Positions 12,017 through 25,458 of a stretch of 64,000 nt of DNA are shown here, piece after piece. Location: contig NC_092677.1 in assembly GCF_964355755.1 (NCBI RefSeq), positions 23,795,175 through 23,859,174 on the forward strand. The letters are read 5' to 3'. Source of the stretch: Antedon mediterranea. Its lineage: Eukaryota > Animalia > Echinodermata. The stretch's first letter is position 1. Each line of letters opens with the position of its first letter. The position numbers were made by a program, and so were the translations under genes. The notes under the pieces are model-generated. The model saw only the letters and a program-made list of their open reading frames with translations. It was not told the DNA's origin and searched no databases.

Positions 12017-14639
12017 CTGCTGTATTCCTCTTAGGATAACTCAATAATCAACAACAATAATGGACAGCGGTATTAATTTATAATACAATGAATTAAATTG
12101 AAGATAACATTTGGAAAATAGATACATAAAATAATAGTAACCAGCAAAAAAGTAAAATAATAAGGGCACTTGATCGAAACTCACGACCTATGACATCTTA
12201 TGTAAGCTTTTGGCATAATATTGTTAGCTAGCCCTAAACTTATCAAACACTTTGACCATGGTTCCTAGGGATTTTGTCTCCATATTTTGGTCCATTTTTA
12301 AATCGCCCCACAAGACTGATAACGTGACTAATGTTTTATCTCTTCCAAGACCGTACGAGTATACATGGGTGGGCAAACGTAAGTTAGTTTACTTCACGAT
12401 GTTTTTATATACTATCTGTTGAGAGCATTAAAACCCCAAAAATTTATAAATAAACTAAAAGCAAATAACGTGGCCTGCATGACGACAGATCCGGCGAGAG
12501 AGAACATAATGTAAGCCAAAGCTGTGTCAGATAGGCCTAAACAAACTTTTGTCTAGTTCTCATTGCGTGCATGGTGCGCCTATTCGATCAATGAAAATGT
12601 TTGATAAATTTAAAGATGTATTGTCCCCCAAAAACATGAAAAACGAAGATTAATGAAATCAGAGTTCATTGTGCAGCTTTAATTTTTAAAAAACCGGAAA
12701 AAATAATGTTTTCACTATATAAAAGACAAAATAAATGTTTAAATTCAATGACAAACTAATTGGCTGGCTTCCAATTTGACTACTTTTTGTTAGTGAATAC
12801 AAATTATTTAACATTAAATTTCATATTCAACAAAAAATGTTTACAACATATTTTTTTCAGGTTGACAATACATCTTTAACCAAAAGAAAAAAAAGGAATT
12901 TCTTCTCAACAAAACATTCTTAAAATCTTGAATTTTGAAATCTCCTTCTTATCTCTCTGATCTGATATACCAGGCATCATCTTCATCACCATAATCAACA
13001 TTGACCATCTTTTTTAATCTCTTTCTCATTTTCTCGCATCTTATACATCGACATTGTTTAATTGTTTTAAATCTTAAACTGCAATTAGAAATATTTAGTG
13101 AACATGTGTTCGTTCATCTTCGTTGTCAACGTAGACTTAACACACCCAAGCCTATTATACAAAATAATAACGCTTGTTAATATGATTACTAATTTAAAAG
13201 CCTGATGAATGTGAGTTTAATAGGGGTTACTGTGTTGTTGTGATTGTTATTGATTGTAATAAAGGTGTTTATAATTGGCGTGGTGCTTGACAGTCGGTGG
13301 TAGGTAACTTTTGATCAGCTCATACTATTTGACATCAATTAGGGTTTACATCAAACTTGCCATCAATTGCACCATGATGGTGTTTTAACTGTTTCTAGGT
13401 AGGCTTAATTAGCGTCGCTGTTCGGCTAATTTTGACTCGGCCTGCTCATTCACCAAAATGTGGTTAACAAAGCGCGATGTTATGACAGCAAAACTCGTTC
13501 ATGTACAAGGTGGACAACCTTCGGCTAAAGTTAATAACTGAAGAACGTTATTGAGCCAGATATAAATTTTATATGTTCATGAATGTTGTCATATCTTTAA
13601 TTAACATACATAGCTACTGTATTTCTGAAGATACAGGAGACCCTGGCAATGAAATAATATTATCACATAGACTACTTTAGTTCAATTGACCCCATATGAT
13701 AACGGTACTATTACAGTTCTGGCTACTGGATTATGAACTCGTAAATGAAGATAAACCAGACATTATGTTATTGTTAAAGTCGTTGGTTCACGACTAGATT
13801 TGTCACGTTTAAAAATTTCTATTAGTCATCGATATAAAAATAGTCGTTTTTACCTTATGAATTGAAGATCTACTTTTTCCAAATTTTGTCTTACCTTAGT
13901 AATTCTTAATCTTACTTTAGCAAAGTCAAGAGGATGAGTAAAATTCGTAAGGTGCCTCTTTCATAAAAATTTTGTGTTTATCAAGGTTGTTTTTAAATGT
14001 ATTTATACTGTGCTGACTACAACCCATCAAGGTATTGAGTTCCATTTATTGATAACTTGGTGTCTTGAAGCACTATTCCAATGATATTAAATACAAGCAA
14101 ATGAATATAGAAAATAAGATAAAGAGAGTACTGTAACTTGAAAAAAGTAAGGTCGTTTCTTCGTTTTTTCGTCCTTGTCATTTTTCTGAGGATCTTTTAG
14201 TTTAAATCGATGTTTGCTGGATACTTTTTTTTAGCATTGTTGCAGAAATTGGACATACAATTTTCCTAAATCTTTGCTTAGGATAAGAGATAAGAATTCT
14301 TAAACGAATTAAACCTAATTCTTGAAATCAATTATCTCTTCCTTGTTCAAACACACTTTAAACATTGTAGTCTTTTTGTAACTATCTTGTTAACATTTTT
14401 TTTCCAAACGTTTGTATGAATATTAGTATGTCTCATGACAGATAGAAAAAGTGTCAGCTTTCTGCATATTTTGTTTAGCGAATAACAATAATTAAATTAT
14501 GATTAAACCTTTAAATAAAGTGAAATAACTACTCAACGATTATATTAATTAACCTAATTTTTATTTAAAAAGATTAGTACGGTACTTTCTCCTTTACCGT
14601 TTTTGGTCCCCCTTTATTCACGTCAAGAAGAGCTTTTTT

Positions 14640-15150
14640 ATCATTACTTGTTAGGTCCCGCTTGATTTATGAATTACACCTCTGTGTTTGTCGTAAATAT
14701 CGGCCTAACATGGAAAGTTCAAACACAGTTTGGTTGTTGGTTACGACATGATCTGTATTTAATAGCTTCGAAATAGAAGACGGAGTAGTCGGGGGTCAGT
14801 GACAAACAGCAAAGTATCAACACGGTACACCAATAGTTTATAGCATGTTTATTTTCAGCTGTTTGAATCGTAAACACGACGAATATGTGTTTTGCAATTT
14901 TTATTGACGTCGGAATGCACCGATCACAGAAAGAATGAAAAACGTGTGCATTTTCATCACGTCATAAAGACGCACTAAATCATACCATAAACGAGGTGTT
15001 TAAAACATCACTAACCCGAGATTTAAATATTTTTGTTGAAATGGGTAGAGGATTTAGTGGGTGGTCAGGAAATCTGTGGTTTACATTTTCTTTTTGAAAA
15101 GTAAACTAGGAGGACTCTGACGTCACCAACACGTGATTACGTGCGATGCA
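14640..15150. promoter_or_regulatory. Candidate FoxL1 enhancer (Gli + Fox + Pbx/Hox + CRE/E-box)
   Basis: Perfect Gli consensus TGGGTGGTC 15058-15066, TGATTTAT near 14663, several GTAAAC/GTTTAC cores, TGACGTCA 15118, CACGTG near 15130. Motif evidence only. Confidence 0.4.
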
Positions 15151-15725
15151 GCAACAATTAGGTTATCTGCTGTAATATATTATATTAAGATCTTATTTAG
15201 TAAAATAAATTAATACAAATAGGTTGGTCATGTAAATTAGAAGTCAAGTTGATGGTACTGATATTCATTAGAATTCTCAAAAAATGCATCATGTTTCAAA
15301 TGGATATTTGAAAATAAATGAATTAGAATTGATAGCCAGTTTCTTATGGGCTACGACGCAAATTACGTTTGGAAAAAATAAAATTTTAATTGACTTTAAA
15401 ATTGAAACAAAATTGAAACGAATACTGCAGTATTTAAAGATACTATGCACATGCCATTTTCCTAAGATATACAATATTATATAGATTAAATACTAAATGA
15501 GATTTGGAGACAATTGCGATCTAAAAATAATTATTTCGCCCGTATCTTGAGTAGCGAATGTTCCGGTATGTTTCGTAAACTGTTTATTCTAAAAGACCAA
15601 CATTAAAAGTTGATTGTTGATAACGGTAAATTAATTACAAACGTTGATCCTCTGCGTACCGCGCCGGTTGTTTCATAAAATGTCATAAAATATCCATTTT
15701 ATTAAATGTTCTTAATTTTAAATAA

Positions 15726-15891
15726 AGTTTTTAATAAAAGTGATAGAAGTTTTTAATAAAAATGATAACAGTTTTTAATAAAAGTGATAGAGGTTTTTAA
15801 TAAAAGTGATAAAAGTTTTTAATAAAAGTGATAAAGTTTTTAATAAAAGTGATAGAAGATTTTAATAAAAGTGGTAACAGTTTTTAATAAA
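15726..15891. repeat. Minisatellite of about 22 bp, about 8 units (TTTTTAATAAAAGTGATAGAAG)
   Basis: Direct tandem repetition is visible. Confidence 0.9.
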
Positions 15892-17813
15892 TGTTAATAG
15901 GCTACTATTATAATAGTAGCGGCCTATATTTTCTGGTTACTATCAATAATTATGATTGGAAAAAATCTGTTTTTAATTATTACACAAAATGGAAAACTAA
16001 ATGTTAAGAATGTTATTAAAGCTGTACGCTTTTTTAAGATCCATACCATTACTTTGCAAAACTTGCCAGACTCTAAATTGGCCATTTGTATTACAAGCCT
16101 ATTGTAACAAATTGGAAAAGTCATTTTTGAATTTGTATGTATATTAGTTACTTAGTAGGCATAGGCTTACTGTGATGTTTTGAATTCTAAAAACTTGAGA
16201 TATACTGTCGTGAGGTGGTTTCCCGAATGATCGTAAAATCAAAACGGTACTGGGTATGACCAACTAGCGTTATTGTCACCGGCTAGTCATCCATTCATAG
16301 AAATACTAATGTAGTAGCCTACCTGTACGGTGACCATAGAATGTGACCCGAGGCATGACTAACTACGAATTTTAGATGATAGAAAGTTGAGAAAAAATGT
16401 TACGAGTAGTTGTACGACATGAAGATGTTTATGAAATTATGTCAATAATGTTTACACACTAGGCATACAAATAGTAATGTTTGTTAGTAAAAATAATTTT
16501 GAGTTAATAAGAATAAGATATAAGGAAGAAAAGCAAAGAGACTATGGAGCGGCTATTCCTGAATATACAATACTAAAGTATCGTAGATTTAAATTATAAA
16601 TTTTAGGCGATCTTGTCAAAGGTCAAGCGCCATATAGCCTGCCACGTTTCGGGCTAATCGAATGTCTGATTATTTTCCTTGATACCATAATAGCAATTTA
16701 TGTTTATAAGCGACCTGTTATATTCAATTCAATTATTCGTTACGACACCTATAGAATAAATACTTTTACACTAACATTTTAAAGAAACATGGAAAGTAGG
16801 CAGGCCTATTAGGCATACTGACAAACGATATTGCATAACACTATAACACTCTTCGTAGGCCTACTATATCAGTATTATATATATGTATTTAATATAATAT
16901 ATGTATATAATAGATTTCCAAATATCAAATAAATAATTAACTTACAAATTCTGTTCCTTTTCTAAATAAATACTATACTTCTAAATCTATTTCTGTATAG
17001 TGTAACAAACAGCGCCCCTTACGATTACGGAAGCACAAACTTTGTTTTCATTGTCTTAGACCGTACACAAGCTCACCCCAGTTTCACATTTAAACCGCTA
17101 ATACAATTTGAAATTCCTAAACAATTTTTAATTTATAGATATATCGTTCCCCTGGTTAAAAAAATTGACTGTTCTCATTTGAACCGATAAATATACGGAT
17201 GCAAAAGACTAATTATTTGTTTTATAACTCCCCAACAGAAACTGTTATTAATTCATCCACTGCTTTCATCTTTCATCAATAATTTTCGGATACTCTGATT
17301 CAGTGCTCCGATTTTGAAAATATTTACAACAAGCTGATCATGCAATAGAACAATTAAATATAACAGTCTAATAGAACCATTGTTATCGTGCAATAGAACC
17401 AATGTGATTGATACAAAATGAACCCATTTAATAGAAAGGATACACCCAGGTTTGTTATAACAATAACGATGATACAATTATCAAATCGAAATAATGACCA
17501 TAACATTGTTGATACACACGTGGAAAAATAATCTAAAACTCAAATTATCTATTATAATATATATTAGTGTATTAATATTGTTATTAATATGATGACCTTT
17601 GTTATCAGTGCCTTTAGTAAATCATGACCTTTTTTTTATAACACACTTGACCTATTAGTTTAGTACCTGTCAGTCATTAACTTGGGATGTTAAGATATAA
17701 CGACGTCGTGTGTATCTGCCAAAAAATATGAAATAAATATAAACATACGTAATCCACCTAACGGAGATCACCCATTGTTGACACAGATCAGATAACAATC
17801 ATTGTATTGAAAT

Positions 17814-17844
17814 CAGGGAAAGAGTTGGATCTCACTCTTCCCTG
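17814..17844. mobile_element. P-superfamily-type excision footprint joined at a GATC microhomology
   Basis: CAGGGAAAGAGTTGGATC / GATCTCACTCTTCCCTG (right arm 17 nt); flanks ATTGAAAT and ATTTAAAT (7/8 match). Confidence 0.55.
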
Positions 17845-18279
17845 ATTTAAATATAGATTAAATACAGCTTGGTATAATTTCCTATTCAGTGACTTACCAC
17901 GATTAAGTTTACGAGTTTGCACAATGTAAGACGATTTCAAGTGGTCATTAGCGTCTAATTTCATGATCTTCCTAATCTGGTTGAGCCTCTGACACGAGAA
18001 AGGGATTATCACTCTTTATCCATGTTTATTTACGAACTTAAAAGTGACAAAATCTTGCATAAGTTCTGCCCTGAGGCAATGTATTTTACAGGGTACTCTA
18101 TTAACATAAAATATATAATTGCTCCATAATTTGAATCAACTGGAAATCTTTTTTTAGTCAAGTGAAATCTTTATTTTTGTTTGCAAAATGAGCTTTTTGG
18201 ATTTATTAATTAATAATTAATTGTCCATGTTTTTTTATTGGGAGACAATTTTAATACTGTACACTTTAATAAAACAATA

Positions 18280-18371
18280 AATGTGATGTTCCCATAATCA
18301 CGTCATATCACTACCATATTTGGGAACATCACACGTTTTGTCAAACTAATTCGACAGTGTAGAGACAGAGC
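18280..18371 (-). mobile_element. Harbinger-like MITE family A, partial copy
   Basis: Reverse complement of the AGCTCTGTCTACACTATCAAACTAGTTTGACAAAA..GTGTGATGTGCCCAAATATGGTAGTGATATGAC consensus seen at 25360. Confidence 0.75.
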
Positions 18372-18829
18372 TGTACGTTAGTTTCCAATGTGCAACTTGG
18401 TAACATTAATAATAATATAGTGTCGTAGCCATTAGAAGTAAGTGGTGCGGTGATCGCAAGAAAACGGGCCACAGGGTGAAAAAATGATTAGGTTCTTTAC
18501 AAACCATACTTGTGACTATTCCATTAATTTTTTGTCGGGGCTATTTTGAGCGTCATTTTTTTTTTCTTTTTATGCATCCACCATAAATATCATTTAAACC
18601 AAAAATGAAATCTGCATTGTTATAGAGCAAATACACATACCGCCCTCTTTATTCCAGTTGAGAAGAACTATACGGAACCAGTAATTGCGAGCTAAAACTG
18701 GTCCAATTGGTCCGGACAATTCTTGTGACGAAACTATTTAAAATTTGCTATTGCATGAACTGTGCCACTTTTTTTTTTTCGTTTAGTTATTTGAAGTCTA
18801 CCGGACTGGTCCTTTTTTTCGATAAAGAA

Positions 18830-18983
18830 AGCATTTTTCACTAGGCAAATTTATTCGCGTGAATCGAAAGCGTTGACTAATGCGCCTGTTTATTAATATG
18901 TGATGTGTATAAGAAAATGCGCAACCATTCAAAACCCAGGAATGTTTCATTCTCGCGATTTTATTCTGTAATGGATCGGGGCT
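18830..18983. mobile_element. Degenerate Harbinger-like MITE
   Basis: Loose TIR pair AGCATTTTTCACTAGGCAAATTTATTCGCGTGAAT / ATTCTCGCGATTTTATTCTGTAATGGATCGGGGCT. Confidence 0.4.
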
Positions 18984-19712
18984 TGAACCGTTTAAATTTC
19001 GGTGTGATTTCTTGTTAAATAAACGTTTTGCGGCCTGGGCAATTTATAAACGCGTAGATATAAGTCATTGGGCGAATCAAATGCTTTGTATATGCCCAGA
19101 TTAAAAAAAAAAATATAAATATAAAATTATAAATAAATATAAAATTGAATACAAATTGTTTTTGTTTTTTTTTAATGAAAAAATGTCATGCTGTTTTATT
19201 AGATAATTGGTAAAGATGCTCTGCTTCCAACATTTCAGGTCATGTCAAGTTCCACTATTGTTTTTTTCTCACGACTCCCAGATATGTTTTTAAAGAGTTT
19301 GTTTAAAATTGTCTTGAATGTTTGTCTTGGAAACGAATTGTCTATTAGGGCAGGTATTACCTTTGCTATTGGCAATATGTGACTGGCAAGCAATACGCCT
19401 ACATAAAAATAATACTGTATTGATTAAAGTACAAGCAGTAAGCAACTATTTTTTAAACTGTTTAATATGTAGATTGGGGAATTACTTTAAATAATAGTTT
19501 TAATATTTATAGTTAAATTTGTTTATGTAATCCTCGTAATAGTAAGTGTAATATTTTAATATACAATAATATTTACCTCAATAAAGTATTCGGATCGCTG
19601 AATTTTATATATTATAATTATTGGGTTTTTTTTGTCACCTTTTTTTGGTCACTTCTATCTATTTCTTCATATTATTATTATAGATTTATTTTTGTAATGT
19701 TTGTTTCTGTTT

Positions 19713-20260
19713 TTTACTTTGTTTTCTGCTGTTTTCAATCATTACCATAATATTAAATGTTGAAAATTATGCATTTCCGAGAATATTATTAAATCGTTCG
19801 TTTCTCAGAGTAATTCATTCTTCAAAAATTAATTGACCTTTAGTTTTGTAGTGCTTGAAAATTTGGATAATGTATTTTTAGATTGTATTTATAATTTATT
19901 TCATAGAATTGCCAGTAATGTATACACGTTTGAGTAAGGTTGTTTTACTAGTTAAATTATTATACATTTAATTTTTGTGTGAAAGTTGTTGTTGTTTACT
20001 TTGTTTTCTAGCTGTTTTTAATCATTACCATAATGTTAAATGTTGTAAATTATGCATTTCCGTTAATATTATTTAAGCGTTCGTTTCTCAGAGTCATTCA
20101 TTCTTCAAAACAATTGATCTTTTAGTTTGTTTTTTTAATGCTTGAACAATTTGGATTATGTATTTATAGATTGTGCTATATTTACAGTATTTCATAGAAT
20201 TTCCAATAATTTATACAACACCTTTTAGCTAAGTTTGTTCGGTAGTTTTACTAATTCAGT
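19713..20260. repeat. Local tandem duplication, period about 282 bp
   Basis: TTTACTTTGTTTTCT..ATCATTACCATAAT..TTATGCATTTCCG..CGTTCGTTTCTCAGAGT..TTTCATAGAATT at 19713 and 19995. Confidence 0.9.
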
Positions 20261-21829
20261 TTTCTCATTTCATTCTTGTTTATATTTTCTGCTCGCTTAA
20301 TCGTCGTTTTTTCCTTCTCCTTCGTTCTTTTTTTCCTCTCTTTTGTTAACCACTGTTTATTCATTGCATCTTCAACAGATCAATATAATTGAATACTTCT
20401 GTAATAATAATAATAGACCTAATAATAATAACTATTTAATTGTTATTCTCTATTTTGATTGTTTTTTTTTGTTGCTTATATTTTCTCCAATCCATTATGT
20501 GATTTGATCAGAAACAATTTAATCAATGTTATATACTTATAATCTGTACCTTACTATTTCTTTTTTTTTATATCCACCTTTTTTCATAATTTTCTAATAT
20601 TTTTTGTTCTATAATTCTCTACATCTAAAATTGTAAACATTTCACTAAAAATTGTAGGCCTACTCCAGGAGATACATTTACATCTAATGTTATGTATTTA
20701 TTTTCAGTATGGACGTATTTTTTAGATATATATTTCATTTCCCCCCCCCCCCCCCCTTTACACATAGATATAGAAACCTGATATAGACATCCAACGCAGT
20801 ACGTTCGTTCTTTGTGCCGTCGTCGTAGTTCATCCATTCTTGTTGAGTGTAGTTCGTAACATTCTGTGCTTTTAATGGAACAACGATGTATTTGTCCGTA
20901 ATCTAGACGGGTTTTTTTCTTGTGTTTATGCTAGATTATTTTCCCATTCATTTGTTTCTGATTTCCATTTAATTTTGTTCATTTTCGTCGTTTGTGTGAC
21001 CTACAGTACTCGGTCGTTCGTTCCGTCGTACTAAGCCTAATTCCTGTTCAATTTTGTGGTTCGTAAATTTTTGTTTTTACTGGAACAACGAAGAGAATAT
21101 TATGGGTTCGTTGTACTTCATTTATTTTGCATAGTGGCATTGCTAAGAAAACAAGAACGGTCTGAGGCTACTCAATTCACTGATAGACATGCCATGATGC
21201 TACTATTACTTCCTTTGATCTATTTTTTAAATTGTTTGTGGATATCTATTGTTTTTGATTGATTGATTGACATATGCAAAATTGCAATTTACATTCAGTT
21301 AAATGTACTTTTTGGGTCAAACTTCTAGGCCTACTTGTTTCAGACAATACGTACTTTTCTATTGTAACGGACGGTGTGAAACTGATTATTCCCCTACAGG
21401 TATTATTACATCATGCAAAATGATTCAAAATTATTGTCTATCATATTATTACAATCGATATTTCAGTTTTTTTATTTCAATTATATCATATATGTTGTTA
21501 TTGCTGCATTCAGTGATTCAATTTAAATCGATAATATTCTATTCTTCCTTAAATGTTTTTCCTACGTACGGTACCTTGTCATTTTAATCGTGCTAAAAGT
21601 TCTTAATTAATTGTACTTGGATATAACGTCTTGGGCATTACTTATGAATGAAGCTGATGATTTTTAAATGTTTACCCTAATGTATCAATGTGCTAAAATA
21701 TTGATCATTTTTTTCTATAGCCTATTTCTGTTTTTTTTTTTTTGTAAATCGGATGTAAAGTAATGTAAATATTAATACATGTTTATATATTTCTTTTGTT
21801 TTGTTATAATTTTCCATCTTGTCTAAGGA

Positions 21830-21877
21830 CACTTACACTGATGATTGGCTAGTGTTGCCCGAAAGCTTTGCAAATTG
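21830..21877 (+). ncRNA. Degenerate minimal (Penelope-type) hammerhead ribozyme motif
   Basis: CTGATGA (21838)-t-tGGC-tagtgtt-GCCc-GAAA-GC-TT, with a palindromic AAGCTT stem III and an imperfect stem I (CTTACA / TGCAAA). Confidence 0.35.
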
Positions 21878-24800
21878 TTCTAGCGGTCTAATTTATCGTT
21901 TTGATTTAGCGTTTTTCTTATTTTATCTGTTATCTCCATTGAGATCCAGCCACTGATACCCACAGCATTTTGAGAATGTTGCCTTTGGATTTCATATCTA
22001 ATATATAATATATATTTGGCTGCTGGTTTTTGTATGTTTTATACCATAATAAATAAATAGATACCATAATAAATTATATATAAATAAAATCCAGTGAATC
22101 ATAAGTATTTAAATACTTGCCTTGAAAAAATAAAGTGACAGGTTCGACCGTTTTACTCGACAGTCGCTTTGGTGGAACTTTCTTATAAAGATCGCGCGAT
22201 CGACAATTATTACCTTACTGTAGAATGTAGCCTACGTAGGCATGTATTGCCTATGCTTCTGTAGACATACATATTGCTTTATGTATCTGTATTTATAATG
22301 TATAAATATATAGCCTAGTGTAAATGATGTATAGTTTGATTCGTACAAGTATATCTCCTAATATAAGATAATAATGATTGTTATCATTTATAGGAAGTCA
22401 ATTTACGTTTTAAATGTTTTTATTCATAACAGTTTGAGTATTTGAATAATGTTTTTATAACCTACTATTGTAGATATTAAAATCTTCGGCCTATTTAATT
22501 TATCTATTGACTATCTAGTTTCTACTTTTACATTCTGAGTTCAAAAGCAAACATGTGTACGATACTTTATAAAACAATACGAACGCCCTCAATGGTTTTA
22601 AACTTTCAAGAAATATGGTACAGAATTTTACCAATATTTGCACGTTCGTCGGCGGCACGGGTCTCACAGCTAGGTTTCAATACGCTACTAACTTTCATGT
22701 AATCCCACTTTCAATGGTTATGATCCATATATGATTATGAATTAAGTTTACTATGGTAATGACAATGTAATTATGTTTTGTTTGATTAATCTATGAAACT
22801 AACCAGTTTGAAATTTAGAGCATAAAATAGACAATGAGTTGTCAGAAACATTATTCAGGCTAGTATTTCCAGAACGCTGACGAATACTCAATAACCAACC
22901 AACACAAGTCAAACAAAGATACTGTTTTTTAACATTAAAAAATAATTAAATTTAAAAAAAATCAATATAAAAATACTGATTCTATTCGTATTTTTTAAAC
23001 AACATTCTTTATTCTTTCTTTATTTACCAAATTGGAGCAAACAAAATAGCTTTGGGTAATCGAAGGTTTGCCCCTTACTAATAAATACATTCAATACAAC
23101 AATAACATTGAAATAGCAAAAAACAACATTTTTTTAATAGAGTATGTAGTAAATGAAGTATTATGATTGGAATTAGTAAATATGTTTATATGAATAGGGC
23201 TACATTGTGTGTAAATACGAACCTTAACGATTGGCGACGCGATACTAAGAGGGGGAAAACTAATTTTCTTTCTGAGCATGTAGTGGAAATGGAAACTTTC
23301 CCTTGGATTCGTCTGTGTGTAGGCCTATATGTGTTTTCATAATGGATTGTATAGTACATTCTTGTATACGATATAATAGTGGTGAATTTTCCTTCAAGTT
23401 ATATGCCTACCTACATTAATTTTGTATTAAAAATAATTAAAATTAAATTACAATTATCCCAAGCATGCACTGCTCACGTGTTCCTGCTCTCGGTTTACAA
23501 TAGGAGAAGCGACCCTAAAAATGAACTTTTATTATTCTTGATCAAAATTGCTCATAATGTTTCCTGAACAAGCCACATGGAATCAATCAAACCCGGGAAG
23601 ATTCACCACAAGAACAACAATACAGCTCACCAGACAGCTGCAAAGTAGAAAACAATACACTTGCGTGCTGGCGCCAAATCAGGAAATGCATGGATACCTA
23701 TCCGGTTTCACCTCTAACACTTCTTATCTTTGAATGTCAAAGACAACCATTTCCCTACTGTAATCCAAAGTGAATCGCTATTAAATTTGTCCACCATAAC
23801 AGGAAGACAACGTAATACAGTGTCACATAGGTATCACATGTTACCCTGTATTTAAATAGGCCATAACCCTAACCTAATTTAATACCAAGTCTTCCTGATA
23901 ATGTACGGACATCATATGTGATACGTTGTTTCTAAAACCACATTTGCTTTCGTTATTTTACATTTTTTTTAAATTAATTAAAATATATAAAATAAGTATT
24001 TGCATTTTACATTTAAAAAAAAAATCAAGTAAAATATATTAAAATATATAAAACAAACAAAAATGGCAATAAAAAGATGATAAAAAGTGATTAAACACGT
24101 ACTTTTGACAGTGGTTATTATTCTTCTAAATGGTTGTGTTCGTCTAGAGAGGCTATAAACTCACAGGAGGAATATAAAATACCCTCCCTTAGAATAAGAA
24201 TGCAAAAGTTTAAAAATATGATATTTAGATGGATAGCATGGAATGATCTATTAATGAAAACCGTAAGGTTAGATTCGATTCACTGTGCAAGTCCAAAATA
24301 GTATTTTGGCTCTGTTTGTATGTGAGACGCTTCATACCCGGATGTTATCATCTTTTTTTTTCGTGGGAGCAACTCACTTTTATTTCATACTGTACATCTT
24401 TCTGTTTTGCATGTAAAAGCAACAATTCAAAGAATGTAATATAGCAGATACTGTATATGACATTCAATTTATTTTATTTATTTATTTATTTTATTTATTT
24501 CCTTTATTGCATCAAGTAAACAGTGATGAAGTTGACATAAATATAATAGTAAATATGTAAACACATAGTTATAACACAGTCCAAACAAGTAATACTAAAA
24601 TATATCATAGTCCACAAATCAGTCTTTCAATGGCCATCATAAGTACATCCAGTAACACAAACCAATAGGGGTTCACAATTTGCTTTATCACTTAATATAT
24701 GTATATATCTAACAAAAATAATGAAGTGTTTCTTGTAAATCTTGTTCTTTTACGTTTGCTTGTATATAACTATTCAAATTGATTTTGACCAAATAAATGG

Positions 24801-25359
24801 ACGAACGAAGGAACGAACAAGCGAGCGTATACCTGTGTTTGTCGTATCGCGTTAGATAACTGTACATAACTAACTGTACTTTCAAAGTTGGTCTAATCGT
24901 TATAAATTATCTTAAACTCAACCGTTACTAACAAACTTACGGGTACATGCAAAACTAGAGCATTGTCTATGTCTACTGTAGAATAAATAATATCCATATG
25001 GAATATTATACAAAGTCGGTTATGTTGTCTGTAAAATCACGGTTTCCGTAGAAAAAAACTTTAAACAAGAAATAATATCCTTAAAACAACTAATAAAAGG
25101 GATGTGATGACGTATGGTGTTATGTTGTTTAATGTCGTAATATCTCATGTGAACTCGTCCTACATTTGATGACACGGTTACTAAATCTATTCAATTATAC
25201 ATAGGCCTAATAACCTTTATTTTAGTTTAATTAATAGTCAATGTTACTGTACACAAGGCTATCAAAGAAGCCTGGATGTACCTACCTGATTTTTTACTTT
25301 CAAAATCTTCTTCTTAACAATTTTATTCTAGTCTAAAAATAGCCAGATTTAAAACATTA

Positions 25360-25458
25360 AGCTCTGTCTACACTATCAAACTAGTTTGACAAAAAAAGTG
25401 TGATGTGCCCAAATTATAGTAGTGATATGACATCATCATGTCCATATATGGGCACATT
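25360..25458 (+). mobile_element. Harbinger-like MITE family A, 5' part
   Basis: TTA|AGCTCTGTCTACACTATCAAACTAGTTTGACAAAAAAAGTGTGATGTGCCC...; six copies in the window; TWA-type flanks. Confidence 0.8.
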
